NCBI GenBank assembly: GCA_002245135.1
Contig: NGBS01000024.1
Coordinates: forward strand, 62,001 to 118,465
DNA: 56,465 bases
Direction of reading: 5' to 3'
Origin: Proteromonas lacertae
Taxonomy: Eukaryota
Shown: piece by piece, positions 1 through 12,344 of the stretch
Layout: each line of letters begins with the position of its first letter
Position numbering within the stretch: position 1 is the first letter of the stretch
Notes under the pieces: generated by a model
Seen by the model: only the letters and a program-made list of their open reading frames with translations
Told to the model about the DNA's origin: nothing
Database searches by the model: none
Made by a program: the position numbers and the translations under genes

Positions 1-1628
1 CTCCACAGTCAATATTAGGAGGATCATTAGTGTTGGAATATAAACCAGATGATGATATACCAAAAGGTCCAAAAGAGAATCCATATGAGAATGTTCAAGT
101 GAGAGAATTAGCCAAGTCAATGTTTGTGACTGATATAAAGATAATTGATAGTTCGGAAAATGTTCCAGAGAATTACGTTGATAAAAGTATATATATATAT
201 ATTTATTTTATTTGTATAGTTAATGGAGATCCACCTGAAGAATCATGTCCCTTCCAACTAATCTGTTCCTATGATCAACACTTCGATCCAATCACTACCA
301 TCACTTTACTAAGAGCACAGAATGAAGAAGAAGTAATCGAATTACCAGAAAACACTTCAGAAATAGCATATAATTTGGGAAGATTTGAAGAACCAAGGAA
401 ATATGTATATTTAGCAGTTAGACGAGATCCTGAACCAGAAACTCAATTATCCGATATAATGTTATCATTTGGAGATACACCATTACCACCAGATTACTTT
501 GAAATAGAATTACCTATACAAACACCAGTCAAAATCATATACAAACTGTTTGCACTTCCTAAGAAAGAAGGTAATGGAAATGGTGAAGAATATGGTGATG
601 AAGAAGAGGAAGAAGATAAGCCAAAGTCACCCAACAGCAACAGTTCTGAAGAAAGAGATATGTTTGTAGATCCAATGGTAAGAATTGATGAATTACAACG
701 TAAAGTAATGGAAGCACAACAGATTAATGCAGCACTCAAGAAAAAGAATGAATCTTTACAAAGAAAAGTGGTAAAAATTGTATCACAAGAGAATAACATG
801 GATATGCAATTAACTAGTAATAATGCCGAAACAGAAAGAAGATATATGGACACTTTGGATGTATTGGCAAAGAATAATAAAGATTTGGAGGATCTACAAC
901 AAGATTATGATCAACAAGCATTAGAAATAAAAGAGAAATATGATGATAAAGAAGCTAGAGCTCAAGAAATATCTGATTCATTTATGAAGTTAAAGAGAGA
1001 AATAGCAAGACAAGCTGAGAATTCTCATACGGGTAAACCAATTCCAGACAGAGTAATATTACAATTTGAAGATGCTGAAGAGAAGAAAAATGCAGAAGTT
1101 GAACAAGTTAGACTACAGTATTTGAATGTAGTAATGAGACAAAGAAAAGCAGAAAAAAGATTAAAAGAGAAGGAACAATTAGGAGGAGGACTACATTTAA
1201 TAGATTTTGAACAATTGAAGATTGAAAATCAAACATTAAATGAAAAAATAGAAGAAAGAAATGAAGAATTACATAAGTTAAGAAAGAAAACAACTACCAC
1301 TGTTCATATGTTAACACACACTCGTGAGAAATTACAGTTTATTGAAAAGAAGCATAAAGCTTTAAGAGATGATTTAGCTGATTTAACAGGTGTATTACAA
1401 GAAGAAAGAGATGAAATGGGTAAGAATAAACAGATTAGAGATAGAATGAGAATAAAGAGTGTAAATCTACATCGAGATCAAGGATTCTTACAGAATAAGA
1501 CTTTAGTAACAGATTATGAGAATAGAAGGTTGAATATTATTGCAATGAAGGAGAGAGTGGAAGAATTGAAATCGAAACATGCTTATTTAACTAAACAAAT
1601 AAAAGAAGCGAATAGAAAATTGAGATAA
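1..1628 (+). CDS. CCDC96: CCDC96/CFAP184-like cilia/basal-body coiled-coil protein (DUF4201) with N-terminal MABP-like repeats; 5' partial
   Basis: Hallmark segment GLHLIDFEQLKIENQTLNEKIEERNEELHKLR. The frame is open from the window start. A 33-nt in-frame GT-AG intron at 187-219 is read through in the ORF track. Confidence 0.85.
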   Translation, partial: PQSILGGSLVLEYKPDDDIPKGPKENPYENVQVRELAKSMFVTDIKIIDSSENVPENYVDKSIYIYIYFICIVNGDPPEESCPFQLICSYDQHFDPITTITLLRAQNEEEVIELPENTSEIAYNLGRFEEPRKYVYLAVRRDPEPETQLSDIMLSFGDTPLPPDYFEIELPIQTPVKIIYKLFALPKKEGNGNGEEYGDEEEEEDKPKSPNSNSSEERDMFVDPMVRIDELQRKVMEAQQINAALKKKNESLQRKVVKIVSQENNMDMQLTSNNAETERRYMDTLDVLAKNNKDLEDLQQDYDQQALEIKEKYDDKEARAQEISDSFMKLKREIARQAENSHTGKPIPDRVILQFEDAEEKKNAEVEQVRLQYLNVVMRQRKAEKRLKEKEQLGGGLHLIDFEQLKIENQTLNEKIEERNEELHKLRKKTTTTVHMLTHTREKLQFIEKKHKALRDDLADLTGVLQEERDEMGKNKQIRDRMRIKSVNLHRDQGFLQNKTLVTDYENRRLNIIAMKERVEELKSKHAYLTKQIKEANRKLR

Positions 1629-1724
1629 ATAATGTAGTTGGAATTGTAATAATTATTTCATTTATGTATTTTTTGAATTATATTTTTTTGTTATAAATAT
1701 GCTATATAAAATAGAGGGAAAATA

Positions 1725-2070
1725 TTATTCATTATTTTGATATTCTTCAGGAAGAACAGAATTTGGAACTGATTCTACAATATATTTAGCTACATCATCA
1801 TCTCCATGTGCTTTAAGTAGCAATGCCTATACAAATTATAATCACAACAAAGTCATACAACTGCACACTTTTGATATACTTTGAATTCTTTTTGACAACC
1901 AACTGTTTTAGCATTTCCTTTTACAAATTCATTTTTATACCTATTTATCACATTTATTATTCCAATCCATACCATTTTGCCCAACAATCTTCATATTCGG
2001 CCTTTAACTTATCACATTCAGCTAAAACAAAAATATACAACACAATTATACTTTTATCAACACTAGACAT
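1725..2070 (-). CDS. MDM35: Mdm35/TRIAP1 twin CX9C mitochondrial intermembrane-space protein (3 short introns)
   Basis: Spliced product MSSVDK..ECDKLKAEYEDCWAKW..EFVKG..GCQKEFKVYQKC..PEEYQNNE*; two C-X9-C motifs. Confidence 0.8.
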
Positions 2071-2128
2071 TTTATAAACTTTTTGTAAACTATGAAAAAA
2101 GCAAAAGAATTTCTGTAAAGTCAAACAC

Positions 2129-2137
2129 TTGGCTTGA
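2129..2137. promoter_or_regulatory. candidate core-promoter motif (A)TTGGCTTGA / TCAAGCCAAT
   Basis: Lies between the divergent MDM35 and SPT6 starts. It recurs at 18040-49 and 38669-78, with variants at 20693, 41558 and 55512/55524. Confidence 0.5.
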
Positions 2138-2161
2138 TAATTCAAATACATTTTTTATGAA

Positions 2162-5100
2162 ATGTCTGATAGAGATGAAAGTATATGCAAATTATATGCA
2201 TAAATAGACGAAAATGTGATGGATGAAGAAGAAAATTCTGAAAAAGAGCAGAGTGGTAACTACGGTGACGATGTGGAGGAAGGTATATGTTATTGATTTA
2301 TATTTTTAGATGATGATGATGTATTTAGTGGTATGTATTTGTATATTATTTATTAGAGGATGATGACACACCAAATAAACCAAAAGCAGCAAAAAAAAGT
2401 ATTAGCTTATGGTTTATACTTCTATAGGAAAAATCAGTCAATTTATTGAAGATGAAGCAGAATTAGATGATCCAGACGAAGAAAAAGAAGATGATGAGGA
2501 TGAAGATGATGAAGATGGAAATGGTATATTTAAATAGCTTTATTATGTTTTGATAATAGCCGGTGAATTGAAGGATTTTGTTGTAAACGAAGATGAAGAA
2601 GATAATGATGTATTTTATAGTTTGTTGTAATGATTTAATAGGGATTCAAAAGTGACGAAGATGATGAAGATGAAACAACAGAAAAAACAACCACAAAATT
2701 AAAGAAATACTCTCAAATTCGAGATTTAGAAGAAGATCGAGATTTAATTCTCGATACACTTGGAGTCCATCGTACAACCGAAGGAGATGCAAGAAAAGAA
2801 GTAGAAGACATGGATCATACACGATACGATGAAGATTCTGAAGAAGAACAAGATTATGTCCTTCAAGCCAAAGATGAGTCTGACGAGTTAATGCAATGTA
2901 GAAAGATCTTTGGAGATGACATTATTGCATTTATACAAGGCAGTTTAACTATCAGTGCACCACCACAGAAGCAAATGAGAGTATCAGATATAATTCAATC
3001 TCAGCAAGATACAATGGAAAAGATAATTATACAGCAAGATATACCTGAAAGAATGATTACATTAATGGAAAAGAGAAAATTGAAGCAATATGATGAACAG
3101 ATTAGTGAAGAGCAGTTGTTGATTGAAGCTCAATGGATTTATAATAGAATAGAAAATTCCTTAGCAATAATGAGGACAATTGATGATGAATTTACATCGG
3201 AATCTGATTTGAAACAAGTGGAACAATTCTTAGCATTATATTGCGTATTTATATATTAGAAATATATCCGTTATATTTCTATTTTTTATAGAATGATAAA
3301 TTTGAAGTTCCATATATCGATACTTATCGTCATAATAAAGTCTCCAACTTCCGAAGAGATACATTGTTCGAAATAACTCGTTATCATGAAGAATATTTAA
3401 AAATGCAAGTATTGCATGAAAAAATATTAGATAATTATCCAAATCGATTAAATGATGATGATAAATCATTATTGGCAATGTTACTAGGCGAAGCAAGTAG
3501 TTATGATGATTTGAAGTTAATTGATAAGCAGTTTCAAGTTTATACAGGTATGATTGCTGAAAGAAGAGAAGGTGGAAGTGTATATTTAAAACCAACCAAG
3601 AATAATGAATATAAAAATTTATCTATTTATTTAGATAATAGAGTATATAATATATATTATAATTATTATTTAATAGATTGATGAAATTGTGTCATTATTT
3701 TTCCCTCCTCTTCTTCAAGCCTGTTACAAAATTCAAGTCAATGAAAATCAACCTGTGTTTAATCCAACAGAAGAACCTGAGGAATTTTACAGAGGATATT
3801 TAAACTCTTATTTCTTATCAGGTTTATCTGTCAAATCGGCTTGTAAGAAGTATTTGAAATTGAATCTTATTAATAATTATAATTTAATTATGAGTGCTAA
3901 GGAGCATATTTGGCATATAGGAAGGTTTAATACATATCCTACTGAAGAAGGAGCTAAAGAGTTTCAAGATATGTTTCATGAATTGTTTGGATTACACGTA
4001 TTATATATATATATTCTTTCTTTAATCTTATTCTTTTATGTATATATAGAGATTACGTAATAAACCATTAGAATCATTCAAAGATAAAACATATCTATTA
4101 ATCTTAGATGGTGAAAAAAGAGGTTTAATCCGTCAAGAAATCAACACATATGAAAATGACTATAGAAATAAATTAATCACTTTAATATGTTCAACAGGTA
4201 ATCCACTATGGGATAAAGAAAGAGAAAATGTAGTAGATTTGATCTTACCTGATTTAATGCACAAAGCTGAAGAAATAGTAAGAAAAGACTTATATGAAAT
4301 TGCATTGAAAGATATATGTAATAAATGCAATCAAAAATTAAAAGCTACTTTATATCAACAACCTTATATTCCTGAAGATAAATCATCTTCATTTATTATG
4401 GTAATGTATTTATCATCCGAATATCGATCACCGAATTATATATTGATATTAAACCAAAATGGAATGGAAATTGATTCTGCTTGTTATGTTAGTAAAAATG
4501 ACGAAGATTTAAGAATCCAATTAGATACATTCTTACGTCAATATTTACCTTATTATATTGGATTAAATACATCAATGAGAATGAATAATTCAAAGTGTCG
4601 AATCGTATTAGAAAACTGTCTACAAAGAATGAATGAAACAAATATTGACAATTATGATGAAAATGACAATCCTTATAATAATATAGAAAAATATAATGAT
4701 TATAGACCAAAAGTAGAATTTATTAATGATAAAAGTTGTATTATATTCGCAGAGACACAAAAATCGAAAACTGAATTCCCTTCATTCGATAAAGATCATC
4801 GAGCAGCTATATCTATGGGTAGATTCATGTTAGATCCTCTAATAGAAATATGTAGATTATGGAATGATAAAAATGATGATGAACCACCTATTCTATCATA
4901 TACAGTAGATCAATATCAACATTTAATACCGAAAGATCGATTGAAATTAGAATGGGAAATACAATTTCAAGATTTTGTTAGCTGCATTGGCTTTCAATAT
5001 ACAGATTACCCACATTTATCTGAAACATTAGCGTTTATACCAGGAATGGGAAGAATTAAAGCACAATATTTATTAAAAGAAATGAGTATATTACAAATGA

Positions 5101-6535
5101 GTGGTAGTGATAGAACTACTAGAGATATATTATTAAAGAAAGGAATATTGAAACCAATTGTTTATGATAATGCAGCACCTTATATTCGATTACAAAATGG
5201 TCATCCATTAGATAAGACCAGAATTCATCCTGATAATTATTCACTAGTAGCAAGTGTATGTGCAACAGCATTAGGTAAACAAGCAAGTATTGAATCAGCT
5301 GATAATGATATTGCTAAAGCAACAAAAGCATTGTGGAGTGATGTAAATAGTTTGGTATATTTTTATATTTATATTATATTTTGTTTTAGAAAAGAGAAGG
5401 AAGAGCTATTCGTGAAAGATTCGAAAATATCGATTGGGTCAAATATGCTGATGATGTAGTGAATAACCAAAATGAAGATTATCGTGACATTATTAACATG
5501 ATTAAAGAGGAATTAATAGAACCATTTAAAGATATAAGAGATCAACATAGTGATATTGATATAGAATCGTTATTCTACTTACTAGCAGATGAAACTCCAG
5601 AGTCTTTACAAGAGGGAATGTTGGTATATCCAACTATAAAGACATTCACTGATAGAAACTTAACAGGTTACTTAGAGAATGGTATTCGATGTATTATTAA
5701 CAAAAATGAGTATGAAGGAGATATATCTAAAGCAATTGGACAAACATTAACAGCAAAGATATTGAAGATTGATGCTAAATCGAGTTTCTTACAATTGACT
5801 ACGCGATCATCTGAATTAAATAGTGAACCATTTAGAAAATATGATGATTATTTCAAGAAGGATTTAGATTCAATAGAAGTAGAAATGAAAGTAAGACAGA
5901 TGAAGAAACAACCAATAGGTTTAGTTCATCGATCAATCGCACATAATTCCTTCAAGAATATCAATGTTCAAACTGCATTAACTGAGTTAGAAAAGATGCC
6001 AGATGGTTCATTCTTATTTAGACCATCCAGTAAAGGAGTATCCTATATATCACTTACTTATAAGATTAAAGAAGGACAATATAATCACTTTTCTATTGCT
6101 GAAAAGAATAAACCACACGATAGTCCTAAACTAGGAGCTGAATTGATATTAGATGGCAGAGAATACCATAGTTTAGATGAGATTATAGGTAAATATATTC
6201 ACCGATTAACAGCATTTTATAATCAAGTGAAAAGCCACAAATATTATTATGATGGTTCTAAACAAAAATGTGATGAATATGTTGAAAAATTAAAAATTGA
6301 TTTTCCACAACAAATTCCCTATAGATTGTGTATTGATAAAGATAGTATTGGTTTTATATCTGTATGTTATGTCCCTGGTACACATCATCAACATAGATAT
6401 ATAAAGATTAGCGGTTATGGATTTCATTTAGATACTGCTAATCATGATAGAAATGAAGTGTATTATACAAACTTGAATAAAGTTATTCATCAATTTAAAC
6501 AGAGTTTATTAACAACATCCATGCAAATGGCTTAA
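2162..6535 (+). CDS. SPT6: Transcription elongation factor / histone chaperone Spt6 (multi-intron)
   Basis: Acidic N-terminus (FIEDEAE), DIPERM, YqgF-like AISMGRFMLDPL, HhH segment IPGMGRIKA, LDKTRIHPDNY, S1 domain and tandem SH2 (FLFRPSSKG). Confidence 0.93.
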
Positions 6536-6681
6536 AGAGATGAATTATTTTCTTTCTTCCTTTCTTTTTCATTATTATTGTTGTTGTTTTATTGAGTTAT
6601 ATACAATGAATAAAAATATATCAATTAATTTACTTAAATAAATAACTATTATTATTTAATTAAAAAGATACAGATAGATCT

Positions 6682-7182
6682 TTAATATTGGCTTTCCTCT
6701 TCTGCATAATTGTTTTTATATACGCCGTGGCTTAATACTCTATATTCTGCAATATTTGTCAAAATCTAAAGAGATTGAATTTATATTTATACACAAATAA
6801 TTAAAGTGAATATCAATAAAACAGTTATCATTGAATTGTGATATACAGCACCTGTGAATCTATATGCAAGTGTAACAAGATAGAGTGTTAAACTAATTAA
6901 GGTTGTACAAGTAGAACGTAGTTTATATATTAATGCATTTGCCCTTTCAATACGACAAAATGCAAAATATGTATAAGGTATAAGGAGTATCACATTAACT
7001 CCATATGCAATACTAAATCCTTTTTCTCCACTAATAATATAGTAAAGTAGGTAAACTAGATTTAATCCTATCTCCACTGTTAATGACAATGTAATAGTTT
7101 TAAATGCTATACCTACTGTTTGACTATTAGTATTATCATTTCCTCTGCTGTTTACCATACTTTTTTCATTTACAACATCCAT
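6682..7182 (-). CDS. small hypothetical ~4-TM membrane protein
   Basis: ORF 6787-7182 is joined through a 27-nt intron (6766-6792) to a last exon ending EEESQY*. Four hydrophobic segments. Confidence 0.6.
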
Positions 7183-7753
7183 ATTACACTAAAGTTTGTA
7201 TTAACGAATATCTTTAAAAAAAAAATCTCTCAAACAAGAATCAAACTTCTTTAGTTTTCAAGAATGTAATTTGATGTAGGAGATATTGAAAGAGTGTTTT
7301 TTAAAATATATATGTTGCTATATTGATGTGATTATATATGATTAATGTATAGATTCATTTATTAAAGGCAATATTCTTTATAGATTGCTAGTAGAAGTAA
7401 TGAGAAATAATAACAGATGAAGAAAAGAAAATCATATTTATCAAAATAATATTTTCAGACAAATCTGTTGATTAACTCAAAATACAACTATATCTTTAAG
7501 TTAGTGCTATATAAGTAATGATAAGATGTGTTCTTGTATTATTATCAATCAAAGCAGAGTAAAATATATATTTCGTTACAAATATTGATGTGTTTTGTTG
7601 AAAAACAATAATTCTAACCAATTAAAACTCTCTATTTGGATTATTAGAAATTGCATTTTTATAAACATAGTCTAACAAGTATTTTAATTGCCTAATACAC
7701 CTGATATAATATTAAACTCACAAATACTATTTGCTTATTAAGATTTCACTCAA

Positions 7754-8731
7754 ATGGATCAAATGAATGACAATGATTTACCAGCAGAATATAATGATCT
7801 TGATGATATTAATATACCGCAGCAAATAAACCCAATAATTTATTTAGAACCTCCTATAAGTGATTTTAGTGATGAACTTACACCCTTACCAAAAGATGAT
7901 GTTAAATGTAATTATAGTAATACATCCATCCATGAAGAATGCAAATTAATAGAAAACCAAGTATCTGTATTATCAGTAGAAAGTAATATATTTAAATCCA
8001 GAATTGAATATAACGAGAATGAAAGTAAGAAACAGGAAGAAATGAAAGAGAAATTATTACAGACATTATTTCATACATGCTGCAAATGTAATAAGACTGT
8101 TCAAATGCGTGATATGTTTTCTTTAGATTACAAAAATCCTAGTTCATTAAATAGATTAATATGTCTTAATTGTGCTGGAAATACGGATGAAACTTATTTT
8201 TTACATGATTGGAGTATTAATATTGAATGTGATGAAAGAAGGATTTGTTCAAGATGTAGAAAGAATAAACCGATATACAAGTTTAAAGAGAGTAACAAAT
8301 ACTGTGATTATTGTTTGCTAAGAAAAAAATGGTTAAGACTAAAAAGTAAAAGAGAACAGACTGAAAAATATGGAAGTTCTGAAGAAGATGATGATGATAG
8401 TATTAGTGGTAGTAGTGATGATTCAGATAGAATTGAAGTTAGAAAAGTGAAATGTTGTAATTGTAATAAACTGATTAATATTCAACATGCATTTCTTTAT
8501 TCCAAAGTGAAAGATTCATTATCCAGTAGATTTATTTGTTTAAATTGTTCATTAGAAATTAATAATTTTTATTTACTTCGTGATTGGGAAGAAAATGTTA
8601 AAGCTGATTATGGCATAAAGTGTAAAAGATGTAAGAAGATAAAATCTGTTTACAGATTCAGAACAGGTCACTCTGCTTGTGAATATTGTTGTTTAAAACG
8701 TAAGAGATTGTATTTATTAACTAGGAAATAG
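7754..8731 (+). CDS. intronless Cys-rich protein with two internal repeats of a double C4 zinc-finger-like module (copy 1)
   Basis: Twice: CCxCxK..ICLNC..DW..CxRCxKxK..F..CxYC, followed by a basic RKK/RKR tail. Acidic, Pro-rich N-terminus. Confidence 0.75.
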   Translation: MDQMNDNDLPAEYNDLDDINIPQQINPIIYLEPPISDFSDELTPLPKDDVKCNYSNTSIHEECKLIENQVSVLSVESNIFKSRIEYNENESKKQEEMKEKLLQTLFHTCCKCNKTVQMRDMFSLDYKNPSSLNRLICLNCAGNTDETYFLHDWSINIECDERRICSRCRKNKPIYKFKESNKYCDYCLLRKKWLRLKSKREQTEKYGSSEEDDDDSISGSSDDSDRIEVRKVKCCNCNKLINIQHAFLYSKVKDSLSSRFICLNCSLEINNFYLLRDWEENVKADYGIKCKRCKKIKSVYRFRTGHSACEYCCLKRKRLYLLTRK

Positions 8732-9620
8732 AAAAATAGTGTGTTTTAGAAAAAAAATAGTCATTTTTCAGTTCTTTATTTTATTTATCTGTTTTTATTA
8801 TTTCTCTTTTACTGGATAACTGTTATTATGAAAAATTCAAACAAATTTATAAAAAAAATAAAAATTATAAATGAGTGTTATAAAGAAATTAAATTCCATA
8901 CAACACTATTGTTCATAATGTTTTATTTGGAATTCTTAAGTATAGCCAAAGATTAAAAAAAAAATCTTCAAACAGTGATCAAACTTATATTAGTATAAAA
9001 ATTGATTTATGGATGGAATAGACTTTAAAGACAGTTTATGAAGATTTCAATGTTTGTAATATTTATATACAAAAGCAAGTATTGTATAGATATAAAGTTA
9101 TAAAGTAGATTAACAACATAAGAAGTGTATATGTCATTCTTTTAAATGTAACACCAAGATATAGATGAAAATATTTTCTTATGATTATAAAATTCACTAA
9201 GGTTTATATTCATTTTTGAATAGTTGCTAGTAAGAAAGGATAGATAAGAATATGAGTTTCTGTACGTGTATTTCAAATTGTTGAATTTTTTCAAAGTATA
9301 TGATGCAGTGTATGAATTCAGAATTTGTTCTAACATTCTTGTATATAAATTAAAGTATATCAGTGAGTAAAATAAATTCAATTAGTTGATAACAGTGGAT
9401 AGATTATATTGAACCAGTTAAATATTCTCAATTTTTTGAATAAAACACTTTAAAAACATTTTTTATATCCAATAAAATTCATGCATTTGGATTTAAAAGA
9501 TTGCGTTTTTTTTGCTTCACAATTGCGTATTTCATTATTAATAGATATAAATATTAATAGTTTACATCGAGTATATAGAAAAATATAATATCTAACAATT
9601 GTAATTGAATAATCATCTTA

Positions 9621-10608
9621 ATGACAACATCATATATAAAGCCCTATAGTGCATTGCACATGGATCCAGAGAATGAAAATGATATATCAGTTGAATATAA
9701 CGATCTAGAATATATTGATCTACCACCATTAAGTCCAACATGTTATTTAGAACCTCTTCTTAGCAGTAGGCATACTGAATTGTCTCCTTTACCTGATGAT
9801 AATTATAATTTCGATATATGCATGGACAAAAATAACAAAATGAAAGAAAATTCCTTATTAATGAATGAAGTAGAAGATAATGATTATATGTGTAAAGATA
9901 AATTAGATTCAAGTGTAGAAGAAACTGAGACAAAAAGAGAAATAAAAGACGAGTTTTATTACTCATGCTGTAAGTGTAATAAGACTGTTCAAATGCGTGA
10001 TATGTTTTCTTTAGATTATAAAAATCCTAGTTCATTAAATAGATTAATATGTCTGTCATGTTCTGTAGATTCTGAAGAAAATTATATGTTACATGATTGG
10101 AATATTATTATTGAATGTGATAAAAAACGCTATTGTCCAAGATGTAGAAAAGATAAACCGATATACAAGTTTAAAGAGAGTAATAAATATTGTGATTATT
10201 GTTTGCTAAGAAAAAAGTGGTTAAGGTTGAAGAATAAATGTCATAAAAATGATGAATATGTAGAAAATGGATATAATAGCAGTAACAGCAGTGATGATTC
10301 AGATAGAAATTGAAGTTAGAAAAGTGAAATGTTGTAATTGTAATAAACTGATTAATATTCAACATGCATTTCTTTATTCCAAAGTGAAAGATTCATTATC
10401 CAGTAGATTTATTTGTTTAAATTGTTCGTTAGATGTTAGAAATAATCATTTACTTCGTGATTGGGAAGATAAAGTTGATCATGATTGTGGTAGAATGTGT
10501 AGTAGATGTAAGAAAGTAAAGTCTTTTTCTAGATTTAGATTAGGTCATTTAGCTTGTGAATATTGTTGTTTAAAACGTAAGAGATTGTATTTGTTAACTA
10601 GAAAATAG
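9621..10608 (+). CDS. tandem paralog of the Cys-rich zinc-finger protein (copy 2), one apparent +1 frameshift
   Basis: Collinear with 7754-8731. An extra A at ~10307 (GATAGAAATTGAA vs GATAGAATTGAA in copy 1) splits the ORF. Confidence 0.72.
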
Positions 10609-10761
10609 AAAAATAGTGTATTGGAGAAATAAGTTAGTCATATATCAAATTTTCAAATTATTATTTTTTAAAGTATTTTATTTTTGTTTTTAAATTTCAC
10701 AAAAAAAAACAATGTTAATAAATAAACACTTAATATATAAAAACAAGCAACATTTAAACAA

Positions 10762-12078
10762 CTAAACTTTCAATTCAAAATTATCATCAGGTGAAGTAAC
10801 TTTAAATACAACATCTACTTTAATAATCAATATGGTCACATCATCTTTCATTAGCCTCTGGTATTTATGCGTATCATTACATTTAGCTAATAAATCAGTA
10901 GCTGCTTTCTATTTGTATATAATAATAATAATAATAATAAGATTAATAAAAAATACTTGAATATTATCATCATATAAATTAATAAAATTTACAACTTCAT
11001 CATAAGTCATTCTTTCCCACAAAGCATCAGTTGCCATAATAAACACTTTACTTGGTGGATTCAAACTATTACTACTTCGTTGTTTAAAACTATTACTACT
11101 ATTATTAACTAATCCATCTTTTTCTAATGGAATAATATAAACATTTGACTCATCTGTTATTCCACCAGTTTCATGAGCTCTTACATCTCCAATTGAATGC
11201 GAAAATGGATATGCATATTCTAACTGTGAACCAGCGAAATGACATTGATAATATTTCTTTGAAGATGTTGAAATCAATGTATTTAGTGGTTTATGATTTA
11301 GTTGCAGTTGAATTGGATGATGGAGATTGAACTTTTTCAAATAATTTTTCATTTGAAATTATATCATTATTTTTGGCTTTTGCATTTATTTTCTTTATTT
11401 TTGACATATCTTGTGAGATTGTATGAAGCTTTGGTATTAATTTGATCTTTCAATTTGCTGTTATTCTTTTCTGTATATAAACATTGACAATCTCCGCATA
11501 TATTAATAATTATTTCATCCACATCAATATATATTGCTGCATATCTACATCCATTATACATTACATCAATATTCTCTTTTATTACACGATTCTGAAGATG
11601 TTTTGATGAGTTTTCAAGTTTTGCAGCAGCTGAATCACCTTCTTCTTGTGTCAGAACGATTGGATGCTGATCAGCGACAAATCTCTAGTAAAATGTATAG
11701 AATGTCTTCTAAAATATACAGAAACTTGAGCTCCTTTAGATCCATGACCATCATACACTCCAATTAACATACTATTGTATAAATCTAGATATGTGACTCC
11801 TATAGCGTCTTGATTAACTGGTATATTTGTATGTCCTCTTCCTTTTTGTGTAGCATGCCTATGAATAAGACTGTTAACTAATACGCTATCTTTATTTGTA
11901 TTTCTCTATTAGTGTCTTTCAATGTCCAATTCTCTTGGTAATGAAATATTTCTGGATATTTATTAGATGGAGGGAGTTCAATTCTATCACCCATGATAAT
12001 GCTGTCAGCTTTTCCATAAAAGTTATAGCTTCCTAACACTATTTTCTTAGGACCTTGTGATTTACATATATTTCCCAT
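10762..12078 (-). CDS. PP2C/PPM-family Ser/Thr phosphatase, possibly N-myristoylated
   Basis: MGNICK start; NQDA, GVYDGHG, CGDC, SHSIGD, IMATDALW and KDDVTILII motifs; introns plus apparent indels. Confidence 0.85.
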
Positions 12079-12344
12079 TAAATTATTGAGTAAACAAATA
12101 ATTACAAAATAATTAATAAATACAAAATAATTATCCGTTTCAAAATCTTTTTCTTTGTTTTTATTCAATATACACTGTATATAATGCAATTATAAAATGT
12201 GAAAATAGATAGTCAGACTTATTTATATCGAAGAATGTAATTTTTAAAATCGTATTTTTTCTAGCTTCTATAAAAATCTGAAAATTATCAATCCCAAACA
12301 CATACATAAAAATATTCTAACACAATATGTTATACATTGCCCTA

